From a virus (Duplodnaviria; Heunggongvirae; Uroviricota; Caudoviricetes), in IMG/VR virus record IMGVR_UViG_3300008262_000042, positions 64,803 through 128,802 of that record: DNA of 64,000 nucleotides; one strand, written 5' to 3'. This document shows positions 18,146 through 27,751 of this stretch, piece by piece (within the stretch, counting starts at the first letter, position 1; every line of letters begins with the position of its first letter). Below the pieces are notes generated by a model. The model saw only the letters and a list, made by a program, of their open reading frames with translations. It was not told the origin of the DNA and searched no databases. A program made the translations under genes and the position numbers.

Positions 18146-19402
18146 TTATGCCCATTTTCCTATTCCTACTATTTCATCAGTTTCTTCAAAAGTATATTGT
18201 AATATAACTGGATCTATCACTAATGTTGATACTCCACTAAATTGTGTGAAGCTTACAATAGCTGTCTTTTCTATGAATTGACCATTACAGAAAAACGTAA
18301 AGTTATCAACAGAAGTTGCCGGAAGACCTGTTGGTGCAGTAAGCCAAATAGCTGGAAACTCTATTGTTGTTTCATTTATAAATGCGCCTTCTTTTTGCGT
18401 ATTTGTATTTAAGTATGTTACTGTTGTAGGATCCACGCCTTGATTTTGTGTTATTTGTATTACAGTATTTGTAGAATCTGCAGCAATAATATTCGATAGT
18501 TTCTTAGATGAGCTTCTTTTAGCAACATCTAGATTTTCTATTGGTGAATTTGTTGCTTCTAATCCAAAAACAACTTTTGATACGCCATAATATTTATTAG
18601 CGTTTGCTAATTTTTTATTTATTGTATCAGGTATTAGATAACCATTTAAGGTTATATTAAAATTTGTTTTTATTAATCTATCTTCACCTTGCGCATAAGT
18701 AGTTGTATCAGTAAAAGTTTCAATAGAGCTATAAAATTGAAATCTATTTGGATCTCCCCAATAAGCTCTGGATGAAAAGTTTAAAGCTTCTATTACTTTA
18801 TCCATTTGTTCTACAAAATGTGTCCATACTACACATTCATATTCTATAGTCACATAGTCAGGGGTCACAACTGCTATGTATTCTGTTTCTGGACTTCTAT
18901 TAGAAAGCACTGAAAAATTACTATAGAAATTTCTGTTTGAATACTTTTTTTGAAATAGTTGTAAATTGTGAGCTAGGTTACCATCTAATTTAAACCCTAA
19001 ATCTCTATTTTGAGTAACGCTATTTCTTTTAAAAATCAAAAGTGGAGCCATTAGCTTCCCTTCCTTATCTCTATAGTATCCGTCTGCTTGAAAGTTTTTC
19101 CAACTCTCAGCATTTCCATACATTATAGGAATATTAACTTTTGTATTATTTTGTATAACATATAGCTTTAACACATTATTAAAATAATGCATAACAGCTT
19201 CATCTATGTCTTTTATTCCAATAGAAAAATCTTTATCTAATTGGTCGTCTGAAGATATTTGATATGCTCTATTTATTTCAGGTTGTCCAGATTTTTTTGG
19301 TTCAGAAAATACTTTAGTGGGGTCAGTATATCCACTAACATATGGCTCCGATAAAGAAGTCATAAATTCTCTGCGTGATCTTGCTCTGGTTCCTTGATTC
19401 AT
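18146..19402 (-). CDS. gp15: Tail completion/sheath terminator, gp15-like
   Basis: IPIMYGNAESWK...PLLIFKRNSV resembles the gp15 VP..YG.KEK...PRMSF pattern; adjacent to gp14/gp13-like genes. Confidence 0.6.
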   Translation of the reverse strand: MNQGTRARSRREFMTSLSEPYVSGYTDPTKVFSEPKKSGQPEINRAYQISSDDQLDKDFSIGIKDIDEAVMHYFNNVLKLYVIQNNTKVNIPIMYGNAESWKNFQADGYYRDKEGKLMAPLLIFKRNSVTQNRDLGFKLDGNLAHNLQLFQKKYSNRNFYSNFSVLSNRSPETEYIAVVTPDYVTIEYECVVWTHFVEQMDKVIEALNFSSRAYWGDPNRFQFYSSIETFTDTTTYAQGEDRLIKTNFNITLNGYLIPDTINKKLANANKYYGVSKVVFGLEATNSPIENLDVAKRSSSKKLSNIIAADSTNTVIQITQNQGVDPTTVTYLNTNTQKEGAFINETTIEFPAIWLTAPTGLPATSVDNFTFFCNGQFIEKTAIVSFTQFSGVSTLVIDPVILQYTFEETDEIVGIGKWA

Positions 19403-19893
19403 TATAATCTATTTTCTTTTATACCTAATACATCAGGACTTGTTAAGTGAGTTGATAGTATTATAGAGTATGAATCACCAAAATTTTGTAATCCACTCTC
19501 ATAAGAATATTCGTTATCTTTACCAACTATTAATTGGTTTTCATTTGTATTATCTACTTGATAATATGATTCATTGTACATTATAACATCTCCTACTTCA
19601 GGGACTATATTTGCTTGTACTAAATGATATTTTAAAAATCTAAAAGTAACATCTCTATCTACATCAACTCCAAATTCTTCTTTTTTAAACGTAAAATCCC
19701 CTCTTTCTATAAGGCAGTTTATTAATACTGGTCCTACATAATATTTAGTTTGACCTTCACCATATACATTTATTTTTGTATCATTTAACATCACTTTATA
19801 ATACCCGCAATTTTGAGATATTATATTTTCTAATAATTCTCTTGATATGCCAGTAAAAGTGCCTATATCGCGTCTTGATCCAAAAAGTGCCAT
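19402..19893 (-). CDS. gp14: Head closure/neck protein, gp14-like
   Basis: NVYGEGQTKYY..FGVD..PEVGDVIMY pattern and synteny. Confidence 0.65.
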   Translation of the reverse strand: MALFGSRRDIGTFTGISRELLENIISQNCGYYKVMLNDTKINVYGEGQTKYYVGPVLINCLIERGDFTFKKEEFGVDVDRDVTFRFLKYHLVQANIVPEVGDVIMYNESYYQVDNTNENQLIVGKDNEYSYESGLQNFGDSYSIILSTHLTSPDVLGIKENRL

Positions 19894-21059
19894 TATATTA
19901 TAAATATTGGTATTGGTATTTGATTTAAGGTATCATTTAAAGATTGGTTCTCAGATTGCTTTCTTTCTAATTGAGATCTTCTACTCATGTCTTCTAAATC
20001 AGTTCTAAGTTTTTCTCTTAAAGAAGTTTGCGCATCTTTACCTTTACTTACTAAATCATTTGCATTTAAAGTAACATCAGCTCCAGGTATTGGAATATTA
20101 TTATACTTACCTCTAATTAGTCCTAATAATTCTGAAGCTAATGCTAAAGTGTATTCATAAATCCATTGTTTTCCTGGATAATTTATTTCATTATAAGTAA
20201 TAGTACCATAAGGCACATTTGAAGGATTCGTTACTAAGCCTGAATTAGTTCCATAATAACTACTTGAGGCGATATTAGATGATTCACTTCTTTTACTATA
20301 TTGGAAATAAAGCATCATTCCATCAACCTCAGGTATTGGGAATATTCTTAATTTGTTATTCACTAATTCAAAAGAAAAAGCAGATCTTCTAACATGATTT
20401 GACATCTCGATCTCTTGTATTCTTTGTATGTCCCAATAAATCGGAAATAATACAAAGTTCAAACCAGGAGAATAACTCGCCCATCCAAAATTTTCAGTAG
20501 CGCCTTGATAGTTTATAGATCCACCTATATATGGATCATAGTATTGATTAATCGCAGGATTTGCTTCGTAGAATACTCTCTTTATTTGTATTCTATCTGT
20601 TGCGCTCATACTAGCTGAAGCAATCGCCCACTCTTGTAAATCATAAACTTGTTTATTTTTAGTCATGTAAAGAGATCCTGTATACCATTCTATATTACCT
20701 CCAACGCCTGCTGCTTCTCCATAATCATCTGCTATAGCAATAACATTACTTAAAGATGGAGTAACAACTATATTATTAAGTTGCGTATTAGTAGGTGATC
20801 CCTCTAAACTTAGATAGTTATCTTTTATTTTGTGTTGATACACTTCTTCTGCATAAACTGATACAGCTTCTTCAAAACATGCGTAAATATTTAGATCATC
20901 TAATTCAACGTCCATTACGCCATACCCTAATTTTCTCGCAACAAAATTAGCAACTTTCGGGCCGTCTGCCTGAAATCTTGCATCGTTATCATAAAATCCA
21001 AACGGAGTACTACCAGATATTGGTATAGGAGTTCCGTCATATATGTTAGGGTTACTCAT
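19893..21059 (-). CDS. gp13: Neck protein, gp13-like
   Basis: RKLGYGVMDVELDD..IYACFEEA and WIYEYTLAL..ELLG..RGKY..IPIPG.DVTLNA match the gp13 terminal motifs. Confidence 0.8.
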   Translation of the reverse strand: MSNPNIYDGTPIPISGSTPFGFYDNDARFQADGPKVANFVARKLGYGVMDVELDDLNIYACFEEAVSVYAEEVYQHKIKDNYLSLEGSPTNTQLNNIVVTPSLSNVIAIADDYGEAAGVGGNIEWYTGSLYMTKNKQVYDLQEWAIASASMSATDRIQIKRVFYEANPAINQYYDPYIGGSINYQGATENFGWASYSPGLNFVLFPIYWDIQRIQEIEMSNHVRRSAFSFELVNNKLRIFPIPEVDGMMLYFQYSKRSESSNIASSSYYGTNSGLVTNPSNVPYGTITYNEINYPGKQWIYEYTLALASELLGLIRGKYNNIPIPGADVTLNANDLVSKGKDAQTSLREKLRTDLEDMSRRSQLERKQSENQSLNDTLNQIPIPIFII

Positions 21060-21070
21060 TATTTATTTTT

Positions 21071-21745
21071 TTAATCTCTATGATCGTTATATATTTTTAA
21101 AATCTCTTCAACTATTGGATCTCTATGGTTTGTTTTTAATGTAACTACAGAAAATCCAGGTACTAGTGTTAGGTTATTGCATATAAAAGAAAAACCAGAC
21201 TGTTTTCTATCTTTTAAATCAACTTGTGCTGTATCTCCACAAATAATCATTTTACTTCCTTCACACAATCTACCTAATATTAGTTCCATTTGTCTATGAG
21301 TTATATTTTGTCCCTCATCAACAACTACACAACATTTAGATAAATTTCTACCTCTCATAAAAGCCACGGGTATTACCTCTATATTACCTTCAGATATTTC
21401 TTTATCTATCTTTTCTTTGTTATATAACCTATACATATTATCATAGATAGCGGCAGTATATGGTGCAAGTTTAGCATCTTTATCTCCAGGCATAAAACCT
21501 AGTTCTTCTCCTGAAGTAACTGCTGGTCTTGTTAGAATTATTCTTTCTACTTGTCTAGTAAATAAAAGATCTAATGCAACCTGTGCCGCAACCATCGATT
21601 TACCAGAACCTGCTCCACCTTTTATAACAGTTATTTTACTATTTAAAATAATCGCTTTAGCTGATTTTTGTTCTTCGTTTAATGTAACTTGAAATCTTAT
21701 TGGATTTTTAGGCTTTCTTTTTTGTTGACTAGCTTGATTTTCCAT
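21071..21745 (-). CDS. phoH: PhoH-like ATPase
   Basis: Walker A GGAGSGKS, IILTRP, ELGFMPGD, FMRGR, VDEGQN, GDTAQVD. The start is more likely MENQ at 21745 than the track start at 21784. Confidence 0.92.
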   Translation of the reverse strand: MENQASQQKRKPKNPIRFQVTLNEEQKSAKAIILNSKITVIKGGAGSGKSMVAAQVALDLLFTRQVERIILTRPAVTSGEELGFMPGDKDAKLAPYTAAIYDNMYRLYNKEKIDKEISEGNIEVIPVAFMRGRNLSKCCVVVDEGQNITHRQMELILGRLCEGSKMIICGDTAQVDLKDRKQSGFSFICNNLTLVPGFSVVTLKTNHRDPIVEEILKIYNDHRD

Positions 21746-21912
21746 TGTGTAACTGTGTTTGATATAAATATGCAATGACTGCAAATAAACTAAAAATAGT
21801 TTAGCTCTCCCAAATCACACCAGAAGCTCATTATCAGTCTATTTTTTTACCTATATGTTATACTTAAGAAGAAATAATACATTAATCTAGAAGCTTGGGT
21901 GAGTCTAGGCAT

Positions 21913-21938
21913 AAAAAAGGCCAGCTTACAGGCTGGCC
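21913..21938 (-). terminator. Intrinsic terminator downstream of GIY-YIG gene
   Basis: GGCCAGC (21919-25) / GCTGGCC (21932-38) stem, followed on the minus strand by T6. Confidence 0.8.
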
Positions 21939-21958
21939 AATTTTATTTAAACGGTTTA

Positions 21959-22528
21959 TTATTTTAAAGTAGAGAATTTTCCATCATTTGATCTTTTTAG
22001 TTGTCTATTTTTTAAAAACTCTCTTCTATTTTCATATTTAATTTTACCTTCATGTTCTCCATATTTTTCTATAAACCAAGGAAGAGAAAACCGACCTTTA
22101 GCTTTTTCTTTCTGTAATTTAATAGTCTTATCTGAATGGGATTTGCCATACATACCATTATTTTCTCCGCACATTATTTCGCTCATATATTGTTTAAATT
22201 CTAAAAATTCTCGAGAATCTTTTTTACCTATCCAATTATTACCACCCACATTCGTATTTTCTGTCATATTGTATCCATTTCTTATGCTATTGTATTTAAC
22301 TATATATTCATACTCCATTGCTACTATTTCGTCTAGCGTATTAGCTTTTTCTAAGACTTCTTTTTTTATATTATCCCAACCATATTTTTTTATAGCCCAA
22401 TACAATTCGTGTTTAGTTTTTTTATTAGCTTTGTGTTTATGTGTAGCCAACCTTTGCTCATAGTCGTTAGTTCTTCCTACATAGTATTTTCCATTTGGGA
22501 ATGTAAAAAGATATACGCAATATTCCAT
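21959..22528 (-). mobile_element. Free-standing GIY-YIG homing endonuclease (NUMOD3-like C-terminus)
   Basis: VYLFTFPNGKYYVGRT...R...H; EYEYIVKYNSIRNGYN; GENNGMYGKSHSDKT. Confidence 0.85.
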
Positions 22529-22569
22529 AGAATTCTTTATTATAAATATGTGAATTTTATGGATACTAT

Positions 22570-22599
22570 AAAAAAAAGACCCAAATTAATGGGTCTTTT
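22570..22599 (-). terminator. Intrinsic terminator after major capsid gene
   Basis: AAAAGACCCA-6 nt loop-TGGGTCTTTT with an extended T-tract on the minus strand. Confidence 0.85.
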
Positions 22600-22622
22600 C
22601 GTTTTAGTATATGGTGTTAATA

Positions 22623-24260
22623 TTAGATAACATTTGTATCTGCTACTACAACTAAACCATAAAACTCCGGCCTGATCATTGTCATCGCGTAACGAGTCAT
22701 GATACCTTTTCTTGGAGTGAAGGTATTAGGATCGTACACAAGAGGAGTCATGATCAACGGAACATACGGAGAGTAAACGGCACCACACTCAAGGAACTGA
22801 TTACCACGGAAACCTAATAGGATTACGTTTTCAGTCATGTATGGGTTTTTGTATACTTTGTAACGGCTATTTAAAGCACCGATTTTTTGTACACCATAAG
22901 CATACTTCATTGTATCAGCAGCTCCGTCTGTATCAGCAGCAAATCCAGGGATCGATTCAAGGATAGTTGCAACAGTTGGAGATACTACCATGAAGTTAGC
23001 ACCGCCACGTAAAGTACGTTGGTGGATGATGTTAGATACTTTTTGTAGTTTGATACCAAGAGTTTGGAACCAAGTCATTTGAGTGTAATATACACCTGCA
23101 GTATTTGAAGTGAAATCAGTTGCAGCTGCATTAATTTGGTTACCAACCTTAGCTGACCAATACTCAACAGTAGGTGCATTACTGATTAGCATATCCATTA
23201 CTTCAAGATCGATCTCAAGAGAGATGTGCTCAGAAAGGATACCTGTTAATTCAGCTTCAGCATCAAGAGATTGATAAGCATTAAGATCTTGTGCAAATTC
23301 AGGAGTCCATTGTGCTTTTAACTTACGAGTCTTAGCAGAGATGGTTTGGCTCTTCATTTGAACGTTGATCTCAGGGATAACGATTGAAGTTGCAGATGCA
23401 GCGTTAGGCACTGAAGGAAGACCAGTTCTATCTTCGAAATCACCACGTGAGTTGAAGTCTGTTTCCTTACTGTAGAACACTGTCCAAGCAGTACCAGCAG
23501 CTTCAGCTGTAGATGCAGTTACGAAGAACTCGATATTAGCTCCGTTTACTTTTGTAAAGTTTTGTAAAACTTTAGTTCCAGTTGTTGTGAAATTTGAACC
23601 AGAAGTAGGAATGAAAGAACGTACAGCATCTAAATCAGGAGTTAGTAAATTACTGTAAGCTATAGCTACCTTTTTAACTTGACCAGCAACGTAAGAAGCT
23701 GAAAGATCTGCGTTAAAATCGATATCTGCATAAGAAGCAGAAGTGATAGTTGCAGTTCCAGACGCGCTAAATTGGTTAAGTGAATAACCGAATTTACCAG
23801 CGCCATAAAGACCACCAGCAGCTAAGTTACCGAAGTTAGCAGAAGGAGTACCATAAATAGAACTACCTGTAGTGAATGGAGTTTTCTCACTTCCGTATTG
23901 GAAATCAAGATAGAATACTAGACCAGCAGGAAGATTCATAGGTTGTACAGAAACGAATTCTTTAGATGCGATCTGACCCATAATCTTACGAACTAATGGA
24001 AGAGCAACGCCAGCCCATTGTTCACCTGTTCCATTACCACTCCAAGTAGAACCCCCTTGGTTTGTGTTTGTAGTTTCTACTACTAATTGTTTAGCTTGGT
24101 TCTCAAGCAATACTGCCATGCTTTTTTGATCATAATCATGAAGACCTTCTAGAAGTCCAGATTTTGCCCACTTTTTCGTTAGTCTGGCTGATACACCGTC
24201 TTGACTAGCGAAGGCAGTTTGAGCAGATTCGCTTAAAAGCGATTGTACTAAGTTTGCCAT
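22623..24260 (-). CDS. gp23: Major capsid protein, T4 gp23-like
   Basis: LPLVRK..VSVQPMNLPAGLVFYLDF; AKTRKLKAQWTPEFAQDLNAY.SLDAEAELT.ILSE.I.LEID; YSPYVPL; PRKGIMTRYA. Confidence 0.97.
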   Translation of the reverse strand: MANLVQSLLSESAQTAFASQDGVSARLTKKWAKSGLLEGLHDYDQKSMAVLLENQAKQLVVETTNTNQGGSTWSGNGTGEQWAGVALPLVRKIMGQIASKEFVSVQPMNLPAGLVFYLDFQYGSEKTPFTTGSSIYGTPSANFGNLAAGGLYGAGKFGYSLNQFSASGTATITSASYADIDFNADLSASYVAGQVKKVAIAYSNLLTPDLDAVRSFIPTSGSNFTTTGTKVLQNFTKVNGANIEFFVTASTAEAAGTAWTVFYSKETDFNSRGDFEDRTGLPSVPNAASATSIVIPEINVQMKSQTISAKTRKLKAQWTPEFAQDLNAYQSLDAEAELTGILSEHISLEIDLEVMDMLISNAPTVEYWSAKVGNQINAAATDFTSNTAGVYYTQMTWFQTLGIKLQKVSNIIHQRTLRGGANFMVVSPTVATILESIPGFAADTDGAADTMKYAYGVQKIGALNSRYKVYKNPYMTENVILLGFRGNQFLECGAVYSPYVPLIMTPLVYDPNTFTPRKGIMTRYAMTMIRPEFYGLVVVADTNVI

Positions 24261-24295
24261 TGTTAATTGTTTTTGTTTTTGTTTTTTTATTTTTT

Positions 24296-25312
24296 TTATT
24301 TAATACCAGCTAGAACTTGCCATCTATTAACAAAACTATCAGATTCGATAATGTTATTTTTAGGCGCAACTCCAAGTGATTTTGACGCAAATCCAATAGA
24401 TTCTTTTAGTTGTGATTTTTTAGAGCTAAAAGATTCCTTAAGGGTTTCGTACGTGTTTTTAACTTCAGTTACAGATGCATTTCTGTCAAAAGCTTTAATT
24501 ACCTTAATTTTTTCAGACTCAGTTAAAGATTTAGCTTTGAAGATTTTATTCATATAAAGAAGCTTAGCATTAAGAAGATTAATTTCATTGATGCTTTCTC
24601 TTAAAGTGTTAATGGTTTTTCTAGCTAAATTTAGCTCTTCTTCCATTTTCTTCTTTTCTTCATCTTCTTCTTTTTTGCCTTCTTCAATTTCTTCTTCTTC
24701 CTCAACTTTACCGTAGCCTTCTTCTTCAAGTTCAGCAAGAATTTCATCTAAAGATACAGGAGATTCTTCATCGCCCATTTCTTCTTCTGATCCTTCTAAA
24801 CTTTCTTCACCACCTAATGCGCTAAGATCTGGTGCTTGTTCTCCACCCATTACAGATTGTAGAACTTGTTTTAGATCTCCAAGAGTGATGTCAATAACTT
24901 TAGTGTCATCTTCAACTTCTGCTCCTTCAACTTCTTCTTCGCCTTCTTCATCTTCAGATTCTTCATCTTCTTCTTCAGATTCTTCTTCTTCGGCTTCATT
25001 AAGACTTTCGTCTTCTTCTTCCTCTAAAGCGTCAAGTTCAGCTAGAATTTCGTCTAAAGTAGCATCAGTTACTTCTTCAACACCTTCTTCAGTGTGTTGC
25101 ATTCCTTCCTCTTCGTATCCTTCTTCGTAAGTACCTTCTTCAATTTCTTCTTCGATACCTTCTTCGAATTCTTCGGAAAGTTTTAAACGCATCATTTCTT
25201 GAATTTTTGGTTCGATAGCCTCTTGTAAAGTGGCTTTTGCTGTTGCGATTGCACTAGCACGAACTGCTTTTGCGTCAAGAATCGCTTCTTTGTACAATTT
25301 GTTTTGTTCCAT
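24296..25312 (-). CDS. Prohead scaffold/core protein
   Basis: Very acidic coiled coil between protease and major capsid genes, with many (L/I)xE sites; ends FVNRWQVLAGIK. Confidence 0.85.
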   Translation of the reverse strand: MEQNKLYKEAILDAKAVRASAIATAKATLQEAIEPKIQEMMRLKLSEEFEEGIEEEIEEGTYEEGYEEEGMQHTEEGVEEVTDATLDEILAELDALEEEEDESLNEAEEEESEEEDEESEDEEGEEEVEGAEVEDDTKVIDITLGDLKQVLQSVMGGEQAPDLSALGGEESLEGSEEEMGDEESPVSLDEILAELEEEGYGKVEEEEEIEEGKKEEDEEKKKMEEELNLARKTINTLRESINEINLLNAKLLYMNKIFKAKSLTESEKIKVIKAFDRNASVTEVKNTYETLKESFSSKKSQLKESIGFASKSLGVAPKNNIIESDSFVNRWQVLAGIK

Positions 25313-25444
25313 TTTTTGTTTGATTTTTAATTGCTTATTAGTAGATTATGAAAAGCAATATGAGGATTTTTTATTTAGCGCAATAGTGGGATTCGCGCAT
25401 TTACCAATAAATATGTAAGTTTTTGGTAAAATTCAAAAAAACAT

Positions 25445-25467
25445 AAAAAAACCTCCTGAAAAGGAGG
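25445..25467 (-). terminator. Intrinsic terminator after prohead protease
   Basis: CCTCCT-GAAA-AGGAGG stem (25452-25467) followed on the minus strand by T7. Confidence 0.75.
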
Positions 25468-25487
25468 CTATACTTTATTTTTTATTT

Positions 25488-26120
25488 TTAATTTAAACAA
25501 CAAACACCAGACATTTCGCATATCAGATCTCTCATTATTAAATTCGCTTTAGAGTATTTGTTAGGATTTTGTGTAGTATACTGATAAGATTCATTTATTC
25601 CTGATACGTGAGGTCTCATATAAGCTCCATAAGTACTAGGCTGAGATACGAAATCCCAACATATGATATTTAGATCGTCTTCTACTTTTACTAGTCCTTC
25701 ACCGATAGGCGTAACTGATCCCATAGCTCTTGACGATATACCTACGGTTATTTTATTTAAGAATAACTGCGCTAGTATATTACCTGATGGTGTTGGAAGT
25801 ATCTCTACTTTTCCATATAAATCTTTTCCTTTCCACCAAAGCTCTAATATATTATGAGATACATTTTTAAGATTTATTATTTCACTCTCTGGATGATCTA
25901 ATTCTCCTAACGCCCTATTTTCTGATATAGGACCCGCAATATATTTTTCTACTTGAGAATATAATGTATCGTATGGATATATTCTTCTATTTGCGTTTGG
26001 TTTATCGCAAGCTTGCACTAATCCAGTAACAATTATGTTTCCAGCTCTCGCTTGAGTAGATTCTTTTAGTACATTAATTGGTTGGAATAATGAATAATCT
26101 ATTAAGAGTTGTTTCGTCAT
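25488..26120 (-). CDS. gp21: Prohead maturation protease, gp21-like
   Basis: NANRRIYP, ALGELDHP, INLKNVSH, TPSG, GISSRAMGS, WDFVSQPSTYGAY. Confidence 0.95.
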   Translation of the reverse strand: MTKQLLIDYSLFQPINVLKESTQARAGNIIVTGLVQACDKPNANRRIYPYDTLYSQVEKYIAGPISENRALGELDHPESEIINLKNVSHNILELWWKGKDLYGKVEILPTPSGNILAQLFLNKITVGISSRAMGSVTPIGEGLVKVEDDLNIICWDFVSQPSTYGAYMRPHVSGINESYQYTTQNPNKYSKANLIMRDLICEMSGVCCLN

Positions 26121-27610
26121 TATTGTATTTTATTTACCTTAACTGATTTTGCGCCTTGAGACTTTAGTTTATTAACCATTGATTGACCTTTTCCGGGTTG
26201 AGTAACAGCTAAAGTTATATCATTGCCTAAATTATCTTTACCTGTAATTTGTTCTATTGCTTCTAGCATTTTTTTTGCTTTTTCTTTATCTTTTATTTTA
26301 GATATTCTCTCAAAAATGCTTTTAAGTTTTTCTTCAGATGTTAATTCAGCTTTTTTAGGTTCGCTAACTTCTTCTTTTTTTGTTTGTAAAGTGTCTCCAA
26401 AACCTTTCATACTATCGAATTTTGTATCTCTAGTAGCTTTATCGATTACATTTATTTGAAAATCTTTTAAAGATCCATCTCCTAATTTTACAGTTAAAGT
26501 TCCGCCTATGACATCATCTACTATACCTATTCCATCAGGAGTATGTACTTCTGCACCTTTTACGTAAGTATGCATCATATTCTCTAATAAAGAAGATTTT
26601 AATATGCTTAATACGTTTTCTTTTATAGAAATATTACCTATTTTCATAGATTTTTTCTTTTGAAGAAATTCTTGATAATCTTCTGGAGTAAAATATGTAA
26701 AGCGCGCTGAACCTACTTTAATATCCTTTACTTTAACGATTTTTCCTGCATTTACAGCTCTATTTATCATATAAACAGCACCTTGTAATACTTTATCTTT
26801 ATTATTACCATAATTATAGCCTGTTCCATAAGCTTTTAAAGCTAATTCTTTTGTAGTAATACCAGGATATTTTTTAACAAAATCAACTATATCCTGCATT
26901 TTAACTTGATTAGCACTATATTGTTTAGTTGGTAAGTGTTTATAATCAAATGATCTAACATCTTCTTTTATAACCTTTTCAGTTCCAGTAACGCCTTTAT
27001 CTTGCATTACCTTTACACCTTTTGGATTGCCTTTTTTATTCTCTTTCTTTGATGCTTTTGTATTAGCTTTTTCTGCTTTGAATCCTTTGGGTTTAACCAT
27101 AGCATTCTTCTTATCTACTAACTCTTGCTTAAGTTCTTTAGTTTCAAGATCTTTATCAGTCTTATCAACTTCTTTTGCATTTGATGTTACTAGATCTTCG
27201 TAAGCTTTTGGATTCTTTTTTAATTTTTTAGCAACACGAGTTTTAACCTTATCAATAGTAGTATTATCAAAAGTCTTTTCTTTTTTTAGTTCTATCTCTA
27301 TGCCTTTTTTAACTGCGTATGGAGACATACGATCTAATATTTGTTCTGTATCAAGCTTATGCGCCTCTTGTAAAGGTTCTTTATCTTCATATAGACGCGC
27401 ATCAAACATAGCGCCGCTAACCTCTTTAGTTAATTCTTTAGTTTCATTCTCAGATACTAGTCGTTTGCCTTTCAATATATTTATAGCATCATTAAAAGAA
27501 GTTACAGGACTAATAAATTGCGGAAATTGTCTACGAGCTTCTCTAATAAAATATTCGCGGGTAGTTTTACCTTCTTGTAGTTGTTGATAGAGTTTAGTTA
27601 TGTTTATCAT
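26120..27610 (-). CDS. Multi-module head-associated protein (winged-helix-like and KOW/SH3-like modules)
   Basis: Modules separated by LQE/VSE/LQE/IKE/LLE sites; IVDFVKKYPGITTKELA..LVNAGKI-type wHTH; GAEVHTPDGIGIV KOW-like segment. Confidence 0.6.
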   Translation of the reverse strand: MINITKLYQQLQEGKTTREYFIREARRQFPQFISPVTSFNDAINILKGKRLVSENETKELTKEVSGAMFDARLYEDKEPLQEAHKLDTEQILDRMSPYAVKKGIEIELKKEKTFDNTTIDKVKTRVAKKLKKNPKAYEDLVTSNAKEVDKTDKDLETKELKQELVDKKNAMVKPKGFKAEKANTKASKKENKKGNPKGVKVMQDKGVTGTEKVIKEDVRSFDYKHLPTKQYSANQVKMQDIVDFVKKYPGITTKELALKAYGTGYNYGNNKDKVLQGAVYMINRAVNAGKIVKVKDIKVGSARFTYFTPEDYQEFLQKKKSMKIGNISIKENVLSILKSSLLENMMHTYVKGAEVHTPDGIGIVDDVIGGTLTVKLGDGSLKDFQINVIDKATRDTKFDSMKGFGDTLQTKKEEVSEPKKAELTSEEKLKSIFERISKIKDKEKAKKMLEAIEQITGKDNLGNDITLAVTQPGKGQSMVNKLKSQGAKSVKVNKIQ

Positions 27611-27621
27611 ACTAATAAATA

Positions 27622-27750
27622 TTATCTACCTTGTCCACGATACGCTTTTGGACGAGGATTATGTTTGTTATAAGATTTTTGAGCGCTACCTTTTTTTCTT
27701 TTACCGAAACTTATTTTTTTAGCGTCATTGCTACCTTTTGCCTTTGCCAT
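27622..27750 (-). CDS. Small basic peptide ending YRGQGR (42 aa)
   Basis: Below the ORF-track cutoff. Manual translation: MAKAKGSNDAKKISFGKRKKGSAQKSYNKHNPRPKAYRGQGR; fills the gap exactly. Confidence 0.8.
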   Translation of the reverse strand: MAKAKGSNDAKKISFGKRKKGSAQKSYNKHNPRPKAYRGQGR

Positions 27751-27751
27751 C

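Noticed and set aside
24885-25130. Ser-rich plus-strand ORF
   Set aside because: Antisense of the Glu-rich scaffold (GAA read as TTC/TCT).
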